The notes under the pieces were generated by a model, which worked only from the letters and a program-made list of their open reading frames with translations, ran no database searches and had not been told where the DNA came from. Positions 36,165-45,233 of a DNA stretch of 64,000 bases are shown piece after piece (positions within the stretch are counted from its first letter, which is position 1; each line of letters opens with the position of its first letter). The position numbers were made by a program, and so were the translations under genes. The stretch is from NCBI GenBank assembly GCA_035378685.1, contig DAOSUL010000004.1, positions 3,562-67,561 of the forward strand, written 5' to 3'. The DNA is from Clostridiales bacterium. GTDB taxonomy: Bacteria > Bacillota > Clostridia > Acetivibrionales > DTU013.

Positions 36165-36877
36165 AAGGGGCAGAAACAGCTAATATGACGAAAGGGGCAG
36201 ATGTGCCGGGTATGAAGGAAATGACAGGGATGACGAAACTGGCAGGAACAACGAAAATAAAGATATGTGGCCTGACCAGGAAAGAGGATATCGAGGCGGT
36301 GAACGAAGCACGCCCGGATTACATAGGTTTCGTTTTTGCCGAAAGTAAAAGGCGGATCGATGAGACGAGGGCAATTGAGCTTAAGGCCCTGCTCGACCCT
36401 TCCGTCAAGGCAGTTGGCGTCTTCGTAAATGAAAAAATCTCGAATATCATAAGGCTTTGCGACCTTGACGTTATCGATCTCATCCAGCTCCACGGGGATG
36501 AAGACGCCGGGTACATGGAGGAACTGCGGAAACACACCTCCAAAAAGGTGATAAAGGCATTCAGGATAAGGTCCCGGGAAGATGTCGCAAATGCGGCGGC
36601 TTTCCCCAGCGACTATGTGCTGCTGGATGCATACCAGGAAGGGAAATACGGCGGTATAGGACGGCCTTTCGACTGGTCGGTGATATCCGGCATTGAAAGG
36701 CCTTATTTCCTTGCAGGGGGCATCAGCGGGAGCAATGTGGCAGAGGCTGTGACGCAGTTCCGCCCATATTGTGTCGATGTGAGCAGCGGCGTTGAGACAG
36801 GCGGGTACAAGGATCCGGTAAAGATAAAGAGTATCGTGGAGAAAGTGAGGCGCCTCAGTATAATGCGGCCAGAATAA
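36161..36877 (+). CDS. trpF: phosphoribosylanthranilate isomerase with a repetitive N-terminal extension
   Basis: KIKICGLT, IQLHGDE, VLLDAY, GGISGSNV. ATGA overlap with trpC. Confidence 0.9.
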   Translation: MKGAETANMTKGADVPGMKEMTGMTKLAGTTKIKICGLTRKEDIEAVNEARPDYIGFVFAESKRRIDETRAIELKALLDPSVKAVGVFVNEKISNIIRLCDLDVIDLIQLHGDEDAGYMEELRKHTSKKVIKAFRIRSREDVANAAAFPSDYVLLDAYQEGKYGGIGRPFDWSVISGIERPYFLAGGISGSNVAEAVTQFRPYCVDVSSGVETGGYKDPVKIKSIVEKVRRLSIMRPE

Positions 36878-37062
36878 GTAACCGGGGCAGCGGACAGGTG
36901 ATTTATTGCAGAACCCCAGGTCTCTCACAAATCAATGGAGTTTCTCGCAAATAACGGACATTACCGGTATTTCGTAAAATACGGCCATTTCCTTGCGGTT
37001 CACCGATCTTTCAGTCAAGAAACCGGTTGAATCCGGGCTTGTTTTTTGCCGATTCATAACTG

Positions 37063-37091
37063 TTGTCAAATTACTTAAAATGGGCTATAAT
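37063..37091 (+). promoter_or_regulatory. sigma-A-type promoter of tRNA-Arg
   Basis: TTGTCA (37063-37068), 17-nt spacer, TATAAT (37086-37091). The tRNA starts 17 nt later. Confidence 0.7.
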
Positions 37092-37107
37092 ACTATAACA
37101 GGTTAAT

Positions 37108-37182
37108 GTCCCGGTGGTCTAATGGATAAGATAATGGATTCCGGTTCCATTGATAGGGGTTCGATTCCTCTCCGGGGCACCA
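37108..37182 (+). tRNA. tRNA-Arg (CCG), CCA encoded
   Basis: GTCCCGGTGGTCTAATGGATAAGATAATGGATTCCGGTTCCATTGATAGGGGTTCGATTCCTCTCCGGGGCACCA. Anticodon loop is TTCCGGT. Confidence 0.88.
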
Positions 37183-37245
37183 GGTGTAAGCGGGTCTTGG
37201 TTGAGCAATCCAAGGTCCGCTTTTGTATATGATGAGGGATAAAGA

Positions 37246-38214
37246 ATGAAGATAGGTTCGCTGACACTGGACAACAATGTATTTCTTGCGCCAATGGCGG
37301 GCGTCACCGACATGCCCTTCAGGGTCCTGTGCAAAGAGCAGGGCTGCGGTTTAGTATACACTGAAATGATAAGCGCCAAGGGCATGTACTACAATGACGA
37401 AAAAACCTGGAAGCTGGCTGAACTCAGCGGGGCGGAACTGCCTGCGGCCGTGCAGATATTCGGCTCCGAGCCGGATATACTTGCGCATGCCGCTGAAAAG
37501 CTGAACGGCTCGCCTGCTGATGTCATAGATATAAACATGGGCTGTCCCACGCCAAAGATCACGAAAAACGGGGACGGCTGTGCGCTCATGCTCAGGCCGG
37601 AACTTGCCGGAGAGATAATACGCGCAGTTGTATCGGCATCGAAAAAGCCCGTTACGGTGAAGATCCGCAAGGGATGGGACGACGGGCATGTAAATGCCGT
37701 CGAATTTGCCGTTATGGCAGAGAAATGCGGAGCAGCCGCAGTCGCCGTTCATGGCAGGACGCGTGAGCAGTTCTACAGCGGGCAGGCTGACTGGGATATA
37801 ATACGGGAGGTCAAAAAAGCGGTTTCCATACCTGTCATCGGAAACGGCGATATACGCTCTCCGGAGGATGCAGCCCGAATGCTGGATCATACAGGCTGTG
37901 ATGCTGTAATGGTGGGCAGGGGTGCCCAGGGGAATCCATGGATATTCAAAAGGATAGTTCATTTCCTTAAAACAGGCCAGGTACTGCCCGATCCGGATAT
38001 AGAAGAAAAAAAGGCGATGATGCTTCGCCACCTTGACATGATGGTCGAATACAAGGGTGAGTATATCGGCGTGCGGGAGATGCGCAAGCATATCGCCTGG
38101 TATATCAAGGGATGCAGGAATTCCAGCCGGCTCAAGGAAAAAGTATTCAGGGCGGTGTCGTACGAAGAAATGGCCGGGCTGATCAGGGATTTCGGCATGG
38201 AATGCGAGGAATGA
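37246..38214 (+). CDS. dusB: tRNA-dihydrouridine synthase
   Basis: [36 protein letters not shown]. Confidence 0.92.
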   Translation: MKIGSLTLDNNVFLAPMAGVTDMPFRVLCKEQGCGLVYTEMISAKGMYYNDEKTWKLAELSGAELPAAVQIFGSEPDILAHAAEKLNGSPADVIDINMGCPTPKITKNGDGCALMLRPELAGEIIRAVVSASKKPVTVKIRKGWDDGHVNAVEFAVMAEKCGAAAVAVHGRTREQFYSGQADWDIIREVKKAVSIPVIGNGDIRSPEDAARMLDHTGCDAVMVGRGAQGNPWIFKRIVHFLKTGQVLPDPDIEEKKAMMLRHLDMMVEYKGEYIGVREMRKHIAWYIKGCRNSSRLKEKVFRAVSYEEMAGLIRDFGMECEE

Positions 38215-38414
38215 TTCCAGGTTTATGAGCGGATACAAGAGCTGATCCGTGTATATAATTCCGGATGAGGTGACCGAACCGGATTTCAGCGCGCATACAG
38301 GACCGATCCGGGCATTCAGCATGGGATGCATTCCTGATCCGGACCTTCGGCGTTTCTTTACATCGCTTGTGATTTGCATTAAAATATTTACAGAATATAT
38401 GTTCGGAGGATGCC

Positions 38415-40685
38415 ATGAACCTTGAGCAAATGCTGGAGCATATCAGAGCGTCGGAAGAAATGATGAAGAACATCACGGCCTGGGTCGAATTGCCGGCCAG
38501 GGAGGCCGTATACGACGACTTCCCGGAATTCCTGGATGAGCGCATCATCAAGGCGCTCGAAAAGCGAGGGGTCAGGAAGCTCTACTCGCATCAGGCAAGC
38601 GCGATCCGGGCAGTGCATGAGGGACGCAGCGTCGTCGTCGTGACGCCTACCGCTTCTGGCAAGACGATGTGCTACAATATCCCGGTCATGGACGCCATAC
38701 TCAAGGACGAATCCTCCAGGGCACTGTTCATTTTCCCGACAAAAGCGCTTTCACAGGATCAGACCGCGGAGCTGCACGAGCTCATCACGGAAGCGGGAGT
38801 GGACGTCAAAACGTACACTTATGACGGCGACACGCCCCAGACGGCAAGGAAAGCCATCAGGCAGGCGGGGCACATAGTGGTCACCAACCCCGACATGCTG
38901 CACAGCGGCATACTCCCGCATCACACGAAATGGACCAAGCTGTTCGAAAACCTGAAATTCGTTGTCATAGATGAAGTGCACCACTACAGGGGCGTATTCG
39001 GCAGCCACCTGGCCAACGTCATGAGAAGGCTCAGGAGGATATGCGATTTCTATGGCTCGAAGCCGCAGTTCATATGCTGTTCGGCAACCATAGCCAACCC
39101 CGTCGAACTGGCTTCAAAAATCGTCGGCGAGGAAGTAATGCTTATCGACAACAACGGCGCCCCGTCCGCTGCAAAGCACATCATTTTCTACAATCCCCCG
39201 GTGGTCAACAAGGAACTCGGTATCAGGAAGAGCAGCCTGCTCGAAGCCAGGCGCATTGCGGAAACGTTCATCCGGAACGGCATACAGACCATACTGTTCA
39301 CGAGAAGCCGCCTGAACGTGGAGGTGCTTGTCACCTACCTGAGGGAAATCTTCAGGGGCGACAGGGAGGCGGAGAAAAAGGTCCGCGGCTACAGGGGGGG
39401 ATACCTGCCCACTCTGCGCCGTGTAATAGAGAAAGGCCTGCGGGATGGCAGCATTACCGGGGTCGTGTCGACGAATGCCCTTGAACTGGGCATCGACATA
39501 GGCGCGCTGGAAGCGTGCATAATATGCGGATACCCGGGAACGATCGCCAGCACGTGGCAGCAGGCAGGCCGCGCCGGGCGCAGGAGCGGAGTGTCAGCCG
39601 CGATCCTCGTGGCGAGCAGCAGCCCGTTGGACCAGTATATAATCAACAATCCCGACTATTTCTTCGGGAGAAACCCGGAACACGGCCTTATAAATCCCGA
39701 CAACCTGGTCATACTGTACAGCCACATGAAATGTGCCGCGTTTGAGCTTCCGTTCGAAGACGGAGAGAAATTCGGAGTGGATACCACCGGTGAGATCCTC
39801 GGTTTCATGGAGGAGGCGAGGCTCGTAAGGCATGTGGGGAACCGCTGGCACTGGATGGCCGATGTGTTCCCGGCTGATGAGATAAGCCTGAGAAGCGCTT
39901 CGAACGAGAACTTCATCATAATCGACATAACCGACCCGAAACCTCTTGTCATAGGTGAGATGGACAGGTTCAGCGCGCCGATGCTGCTCCACGAGCAGGC
40001 GATATACATACATGAAGGCGTCCAGTACCAGGTGGAGGAACTGGACTTTGACGACAGGAAGGCATATGTCCGCAGGGTCAACGTGGACTATTACACCGAC
40101 GCAAACCTGGCTGTCGACCTCAAGGTACTTGATGTTTTCCGGGAGGACAAAACGAAGCAGGTACACAGGAGCACCGGCGAGGTTTCAGTAACCGCCCTTG
40201 TCACCATGTTCAAGAAAATAAAGCTCCATACGCATGAAAATATAGGTTATGGCCCGGTCACGCTGCCGGAGATGGAAATGCACACTACTTCATACTGGGT
40301 CAGCCTGCCCGAGGCCATGACCGGCATGTCCCAGACGGACCTGCAGAACGGTCTGCTCGGCCTTTCAAATGTGCTTGCAAACGCTGCGCCGATCTACCTG
40401 ATGTGCAGTCCCGGCGACATACAGGTGGTCCACCAGGTGCGGGCTCCGTTCACCCAGAGGCCGTCGGTCTACATATACGACAATTACCCGGGAGGAGTCG
40501 GCTTCAGCGACAAGCTGTATGAGCTTCACAGGGAACTGTTCGAGACTGCCGCACATATGGTAGAGAGCTGCGGCTGCGAATCGGGCTGCCCGTCATGCGT
40601 CGGGCCGCTCAACGAGTTCACGGGCACCGACGATCCAAAGGGACTGACCCTCAGGCTTATAAACATGATCAGGGAAGAGTCGTAA
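38415..40685 (+). CDS. mrfA: DEXH-box helicase with C-terminal DUF1998 zinc module (YprA/MrfA-like)
   Basis: TPTASGKT, DEVH, SAT, QQAGRAGR. C-terminal CGCESGCPSC. Confidence 0.88.
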   Translation: MNLEQMLEHIRASEEMMKNITAWVELPAREAVYDDFPEFLDERIIKALEKRGVRKLYSHQASAIRAVHEGRSVVVVTPTASGKTMCYNIPVMDAILKDESSRALFIFPTKALSQDQTAELHELITEAGVDVKTYTYDGDTPQTARKAIRQAGHIVVTNPDMLHSGILPHHTKWTKLFENLKFVVIDEVHHYRGVFGSHLANVMRRLRRICDFYGSKPQFICCSATIANPVELASKIVGEEVMLIDNNGAPSAAKHIIFYNPPVVNKELGIRKSSLLEARRIAETFIRNGIQTILFTRSRLNVEVLVTYLREIFRGDREAEKKVRGYRGGYLPTLRRVIEKGLRDGSITGVVSTNALELGIDIGALEACIICGYPGTIASTWQQAGRAGRRSGVSAAILVASSSPLDQYIINNPDYFFGRNPEHGLINPDNLVILYSHMKCAAFELPFEDGEKFGVDTTGEILGFMEEARLVRHVGNRWHWMADVFPADEISLRSASNENFIIIDITDPKPLVIGEMDRFSAPMLLHEQAIYIHEGVQYQVEELDFDDRKAYVRRVNVDYYTDANLAVDLKVLDVFREDKTKQVHRSTGEVSVTALVTMFKKIKLHTHENIGYGPVTLPEMEMHTTSYWVSLPEAMTGMSQTDLQNGLLGLSNVLANAAPIYLMCSPGDIQVVHQVRAPFTQRPSVYIYDNYPGGVGFSDKLYELHRELFETAAHMVESCGCESGCPSCVGPLNEFTGTDDPKGLTLRLINMIREES

Positions 40686-40740
40686 AGGCAAAGATTCATA
40701 CAGATAGAAAGAAGCATAACGATACGGGAGCAATACTCGG

Positions 40741-42060
40741 ATGGATCTCAGGAGCAAGCTCAATCTATACCGGCAAACACAGGCCAGTTCTGCGCAGGCG
40801 CCCAAAACAGGCAGCGGATGCAGTAACGATGGCAGCAGCGTGCGGGACACATGGGTCACGGGCGGGCGTGATAATACTGTTTCCGGCGGATATAGGCCGG
40901 ATGCTTCCCATGGGCGGGACGTGGATGTGCTCATTCCCGGCAGGGTGCTGGAAAATGATCATGGCTGCTGCTATGTCGTTGAAGAAACGTACCATCCCGG
41001 ATGCATACATGGCGGCTGTATGATCGGCTCTGCAATGAAAATAGGCAGCGAAACGCTTTCGCTCCTTGGAGGGCCTGACTGCGAAGGTCTGCAGGCTGAC
41101 AGGCTGTTGTACCTTGACACGGAAACCTCGGGGTTGGCCGGTGGGACCGGGACCGTCGCTTTCCTGGTCGGGACGGGCTTTTTCGAAAATGGCAGCTTTG
41201 TAATAAGGCAATATTTCATGCGCGATTATGACGAAGAAGCCGCGATGCTGGCCGATCTGAAAGAGCTGATCGCCGGCAGGCAGGGCTTTGTCACGTTCAA
41301 CGGAAAATGCTTCGACATCAACATCCTGCAAAGCCGGTTCATTTCCAACAGGATGAGGACCGATATATCGGGGATGCCCAACATCGACCTGCTGTTCCCG
41401 GCAAGAAGGGTTTGGGGCATGAAGCTGGAAAGTTGCCGCCTGGCGTCGCTTGAAGAAAACATCCTGGGCCATGTGAGGCATGATGACATACCTGGAGCGC
41501 TGATACCGGCCGTTTACTTCAACTATCTTGAAGACAGGGACGCGACGGAGATAAGGAGAGTTATAGAGCACAACAAGCTTGACATATTGTCCATGGTATC
41601 GCTGCTGTACAGGCTGTCAGCGATGCTGGAGGATCCGCTGTCCGAATCCGACGGCGGCCTTGAACTGCTTGGCATAGGCAGGATCTTCGAGAACATCGGC
41701 AGAACGGAAGATATGGTGGAGTGCCTTGAAGCATGCGCCGGCTCCGGACGCTTCGACGTAAAACTGCAGGCTGTGAAGCGCCTTACCGGCGTTTATAAGA
41801 GGGAAGGCCGCTACGACCGCGCCATGGAGCACTGGCAGTCGATCGAGTCTGAGAGCTCCGGCTTTGAACTGTTCCATCTCATAGAAATGGCAAAGTACTA
41901 TGAGCACAAGGCAAAGGATCCCGAAAAGGCGCTGCAGGCAGTCGAGAAGGCATTCGCTGTATGCCGCCGGGCCGGCCTTGTCACCGGCAGGCAGATCGAT
42001 GAACTGGCAAAGCGCAGGGACAGGCTCAGAAGGAAGACAGATGCACTGCGGACGCCATAG
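40741..42060 (+). CDS. mrfB: RNase H-like (DEDD) exonuclease with a C-terminal helical/TPR-like region (YprB/MrfB-like)
   Basis: LLYLDTETSGL, FNGKCFDINIL, HNKLDILS. Sits immediately downstream of the helicase. Confidence 0.8.
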   Translation: MDLRSKLNLYRQTQASSAQAPKTGSGCSNDGSSVRDTWVTGGRDNTVSGGYRPDASHGRDVDVLIPGRVLENDHGCCYVVEETYHPGCIHGGCMIGSAMKIGSETLSLLGGPDCEGLQADRLLYLDTETSGLAGGTGTVAFLVGTGFFENGSFVIRQYFMRDYDEEAAMLADLKELIAGRQGFVTFNGKCFDINILQSRFISNRMRTDISGMPNIDLLFPARRVWGMKLESCRLASLEENILGHVRHDDIPGALIPAVYFNYLEDRDATEIRRVIEHNKLDILSMVSLLYRLSAMLEDPLSESDGGLELLGIGRIFENIGRTEDMVECLEACAGSGRFDVKLQAVKRLTGVYKREGRYDRAMEHWQSIESESSGFELFHLIEMAKYYEHKAKDPEKALQAVEKAFAVCRRAGLVTGRQIDELAKRRDRLRRKTDALRTP

Positions 42061-42130
42061 TTAATCCTATAAACTTACGTATCGTATGACACCATTGCAA
42101 TCATATCAGATATACGAAAACTTTATCATC

Positions 42131-44581
42131 TTATCCAACGGTGCTATTGCCAACTGCAGCGTAATATTCCCCGGCAAGATCCCCATCCGTTTTACCGGCA
42201 TCAGCGTTTGTACCATCATCATTGCATTCGATCGGGCTGCCGGTTATGCTGTCAGCCATGCCGCAAGCCATGTTGCCGGCAAAACCATTGGCCATGCTGT
42301 CGGCTTTAGCATCGATCATACTGTTAAATATGGTATAAGTGATGCCCGTTTCATCAAGATCATACGGATCGACCCCGCTGTCAGCCGTATCCGTGCCGTC
42401 CGCCTCGCCGCCGGCATCTTTCCCTGCACCCTTTATTATCTCTATGAACTTCTCCACCAGGAAAGGATCGAATTGTTTGCCTGCGCATTTCTGTATTTCT
42501 TCCAGCGCCTCATCGACGCTTATACCCTTGTGGTAAGGCCGGTCATTGGTCATTGCGTCATATGCGTCGATTATTGAAAGGATCCTGCATTCCAGCGGGA
42601 TCTCCTCTCCTTTCAGCCCGTCAGGATAGCCCGTGCCGTTCCAGTGCTCATGGTGGTGCAGGATGAACGGTGCTACTGAAACCAGTTCCTTGGCACGGCT
42701 TGCAATATTGAAGCCGATGTTGACGTGGGTCTTCATTTTCTCGAATTCCTTCTTTGTCAGTTTCCCCGGCTTGTTGAGGATATCGTCAGGAACGCCGATT
42801 TTGCCCAGATCATGAATCTTTGACAGAAGCAGCAGGTTTCTCTTCTGTCCTTCATTTAGGTCCAATGCATCTGCCATCTGCATGCAGAGTCCGGATATCC
42901 GCTCAACATGTCCCTGGGCGACGAAGTCCTTTTCTGCCAGCGCTGCAAGGAGCATATCTACGACCCGGCTCTTTGCGCTGCTGGTCTGGCCGATCTTATA
43001 CCTGTACATATCATCGTCGGCCCTGCGGTATACGCTGTAGATGTCCTCTTCTTTCTCGGATTCTTCCGTTGATGCGAGCCCGATCGACATGCCTATGGGG
43101 ATGTCGGAATAAATGTTGTTCAGCCTGTTCTGCAGTTTCAAAAGATGCTCTATCTTCTCCTGGGCTGTTTTAAGATCCGTGTTTGGCAGCAGGACGCAGA
43201 ACTCATCCCCGCCTATCCGTGAGATGGACCCGCAGTTCCTGAATACTTTCCTGATAATCGACGCCGCTTTCTTAAGCAGTTCATCGCCCGCATTGTGGCC
43301 GAAAGTATCGTTGGTTATCTTCAGACCGTCGATATCTATAACGACAATGCTTAAGGGTTTGAGCGTGTCCAGGTCAGCATTCATCCGCAGCATCTCGGAC
43401 TCAAAGAACAGCCTGTTGCAGAAGCCTGTCATGCTGTCGGTGTAAGCCTGCCGTCTTATTGTTTCCTCGGCCTTTTTCATCGCTGTCACGTCGGAGAATA
43501 TGATGCTCATGTGATCCTTCTGAGGGAAAAAGATCGATAGCTTGTACCATTTGCCTCTAAGCCTGACGGCTTCATCTGTAATGTGGGCTTCTCTCACTGC
43601 TGCCGTTTCCTCAGCCGCATCAAGATAATCATAGCGTTCAGGGCATATATCGGCTATTTCCGGCAACAGTTCCAGCAGGTCCGAACCTACCAGTTCATCC
43701 CTGCCAAGGCCGAATTGCTCTGAAAACGCATCATTCACTTCGCATATGATGCAATGCTTCAGGTGGCCGTCATCATCATACTCGAGCCTGTTCAGCGTGA
43801 ACCCGTCGGTCATGTTGGTAAACAGAGATTTGTAATTGGTCTCGGTTTCCTTTGATTGCTGCTCTATCTGTTTATATAGCTGCTTGAGTTCCAATGCCGC
43901 ATTGATCATAAGCACGGTAAGGAAAACAAGCATGCCCGCCTCGGAAACTATGTTGTCTTTCTGCTGCTGTGAAGTGTTGTAAAAGAATAAGAATGTATCC
44001 ATCAAACCGGAGATGCCGAGGGCGAGGATGCCAATGATCAGTATACGGGCGCTCTTCTTCCCGGCAATGATCGACCTTACGGTCGCATATACGCCGATGA
44101 GCACTGTTGCAGCGAACATAAAAGTGAACACCCTGACGGAATACAGGACGGAAACGAGACCCAGAAAATCCAGGGCAAATGCTGCAACCGCGAATACTGC
44201 ATGCAGCATCGCCTGTATCCTCATAAGCCTGGCGTAGCTGGTGTTCTCCACTATGTAATTGCGCTCTACAAATAGCAGGAGAAACACTGGCGCAAGGTAG
44301 ACAAAGAAGTTGGCCGCGTATGTCATCGAAACCGGGGCTGGCGTAAAAAGCTGGATCAGGTTGCATTCCATGAGCAGCCAGCCACCGATGAAAACAGAGC
44401 CGAGTCCGAGATAAATATCGCTGTTCCTCCTGTACAGGGACAGCACCTGGATCATGATTATGGCCAGCCCCAGAAAAATGCACAAACTGCCGATCAACAG
44501 CGTCGATATGTTCATTTTGAAGATGTCTATGTATATGGCTGCCCTGTGGCCGACGAAAGCCTGCGTAAGATAGCCTGTCAT
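42131..44581 (-). CDS. 7TM receptor (7TMR-DISM type) - PAS - GGDEF - HD-GYP signalling protein
   Basis: Seven N-terminal TM helices, RIGGDEFCV, HDLGKIGVP and HHEHWNGTGYP. Low-complexity acidic tail. Confidence 0.88.
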   Translation of the reverse strand: MTGYLTQAFVGHRAAIYIDIFKMNISTLLIGSLCIFLGLAIIMIQVLSLYRRNSDIYLGLGSVFIGGWLLMECNLIQLFTPAPVSMTYAANFFVYLAPVFLLLFVERNYIVENTSYARLMRIQAMLHAVFAVAAFALDFLGLVSVLYSVRVFTFMFAATVLIGVYATVRSIIAGKKSARILIIGILALGISGLMDTFLFFYNTSQQQKDNIVSEAGMLVFLTVLMINAALELKQLYKQIEQQSKETETNYKSLFTNMTDGFTLNRLEYDDDGHLKHCIICEVNDAFSEQFGLGRDELVGSDLLELLPEIADICPERYDYLDAAEETAAVREAHITDEAVRLRGKWYKLSIFFPQKDHMSIIFSDVTAMKKAEETIRRQAYTDSMTGFCNRLFFESEMLRMNADLDTLKPLSIVVIDIDGLKITNDTFGHNAGDELLKKAASIIRKVFRNCGSISRIGGDEFCVLLPNTDLKTAQEKIEHLLKLQNRLNNIYSDIPIGMSIGLASTEESEKEEDIYSVYRRADDDMYRYKIGQTSSAKSRVVDMLLAALAEKDFVAQGHVERISGLCMQMADALDLNEGQKRNLLLLSKIHDLGKIGVPDDILNKPGKLTKKEFEKMKTHVNIGFNIASRAKELVSVAPFILHHHEHWNGTGYPDGLKGEEIPLECRILSIIDAYDAMTNDRPYHKGISVDEALEEIQKCAGKQFDPFLVEKFIEIIKGAGKDAGGEADGTDTADSGVDPYDLDETGITYTIFNSMIDAKADSMANGFAGNMACGMADSITGSPIECNDDGTNADAGKTDGDLAGEYYAAVGNSTVG

Positions 44582-45108
44582 ATGAGGGAAAGGGGAGCTG
44601 GCCTGATATAAACAGTCTTGCCCGCGAAATCATCCGGCAGATCGATAAAGTGCCATATGCTGCCCGGCGTCCGGACAGTTTCCGATATACTGTGAGTACC
44701 GTAGCTGTAGATCAGACGGTCTTCCAGGTATACCTCCACTGTATTTTGAGTGACCCTTAACCCGAAGGTCGCGTGATCCATATCGAGAACCGGCAGTACA
44801 GCTTTTATCCATATAGATCTGTATCTGCCGCTGTTGGCCGGCCTTCCCGGGAATTCATAGTCTGTCCAGCCGCCGTCGTCATAAGACTTGTCCATCCAAA
44901 GGAACCGACCGTCAGCCTCCACAGGCGAGTCGCCCCACCGGTACTGCCAGTTGTTCAGTCTGAATGTCTTGTCATGATAATAAGGCGAAGGGATTTCCGA
45001 GATAAGCTCTTTATTGAGTTTTGCCACAAAGATCACACCGAAAGTGATCGCTGCCGCGGCTGCGATAAAGGCGGCCGCATATATGACAGATTTTCTTAAG
45101 CGAAACAT
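44578..45108 (-). CDS. 7TMR-DISMED2-like extracellular sensor domain protein (separate ORF)
   Basis: N-terminal TM anchor, then WQYRWGDSP...WTDYEFPGRP...IWIKAVLP..., typical of the DISMED2 jelly-roll. The stop overlaps the downstream ATG (ATGA). Confidence 0.75.
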   Translation of the reverse strand: MFRLRKSVIYAAAFIAAAAAITFGVIFVAKLNKELISEIPSPYYHDKTFRLNNWQYRWGDSPVEADGRFLWMDKSYDDGGWTDYEFPGRPANSGRYRSIWIKAVLPVLDMDHATFGLRVTQNTVEVYLEDRLIYSYGTHSISETVRTPGSIWHFIDLPDDFAGKTVYIRPAPLSLI

Positions 45109-45233
45109 TTTACCACCATATGTACATCCGTATAAGCACTATCCATTATAATACCATATTTCACAGAGAAATAAAGCATATAAAAATGAACTTGCTAATA
45201 AGAATGAGACAGGGGTTTTTGCGAGGTGAGGCT

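Noticed and set aside
45150-45200. SigE-like sporulation promoter (CCATATT...CATATAAA) upstream of the SpoVB-like gene.
   Set aside because: The spacing (16 nt) and the -10 match are only approximate from memory of the consensus. I cannot support it without a scoring matrix.
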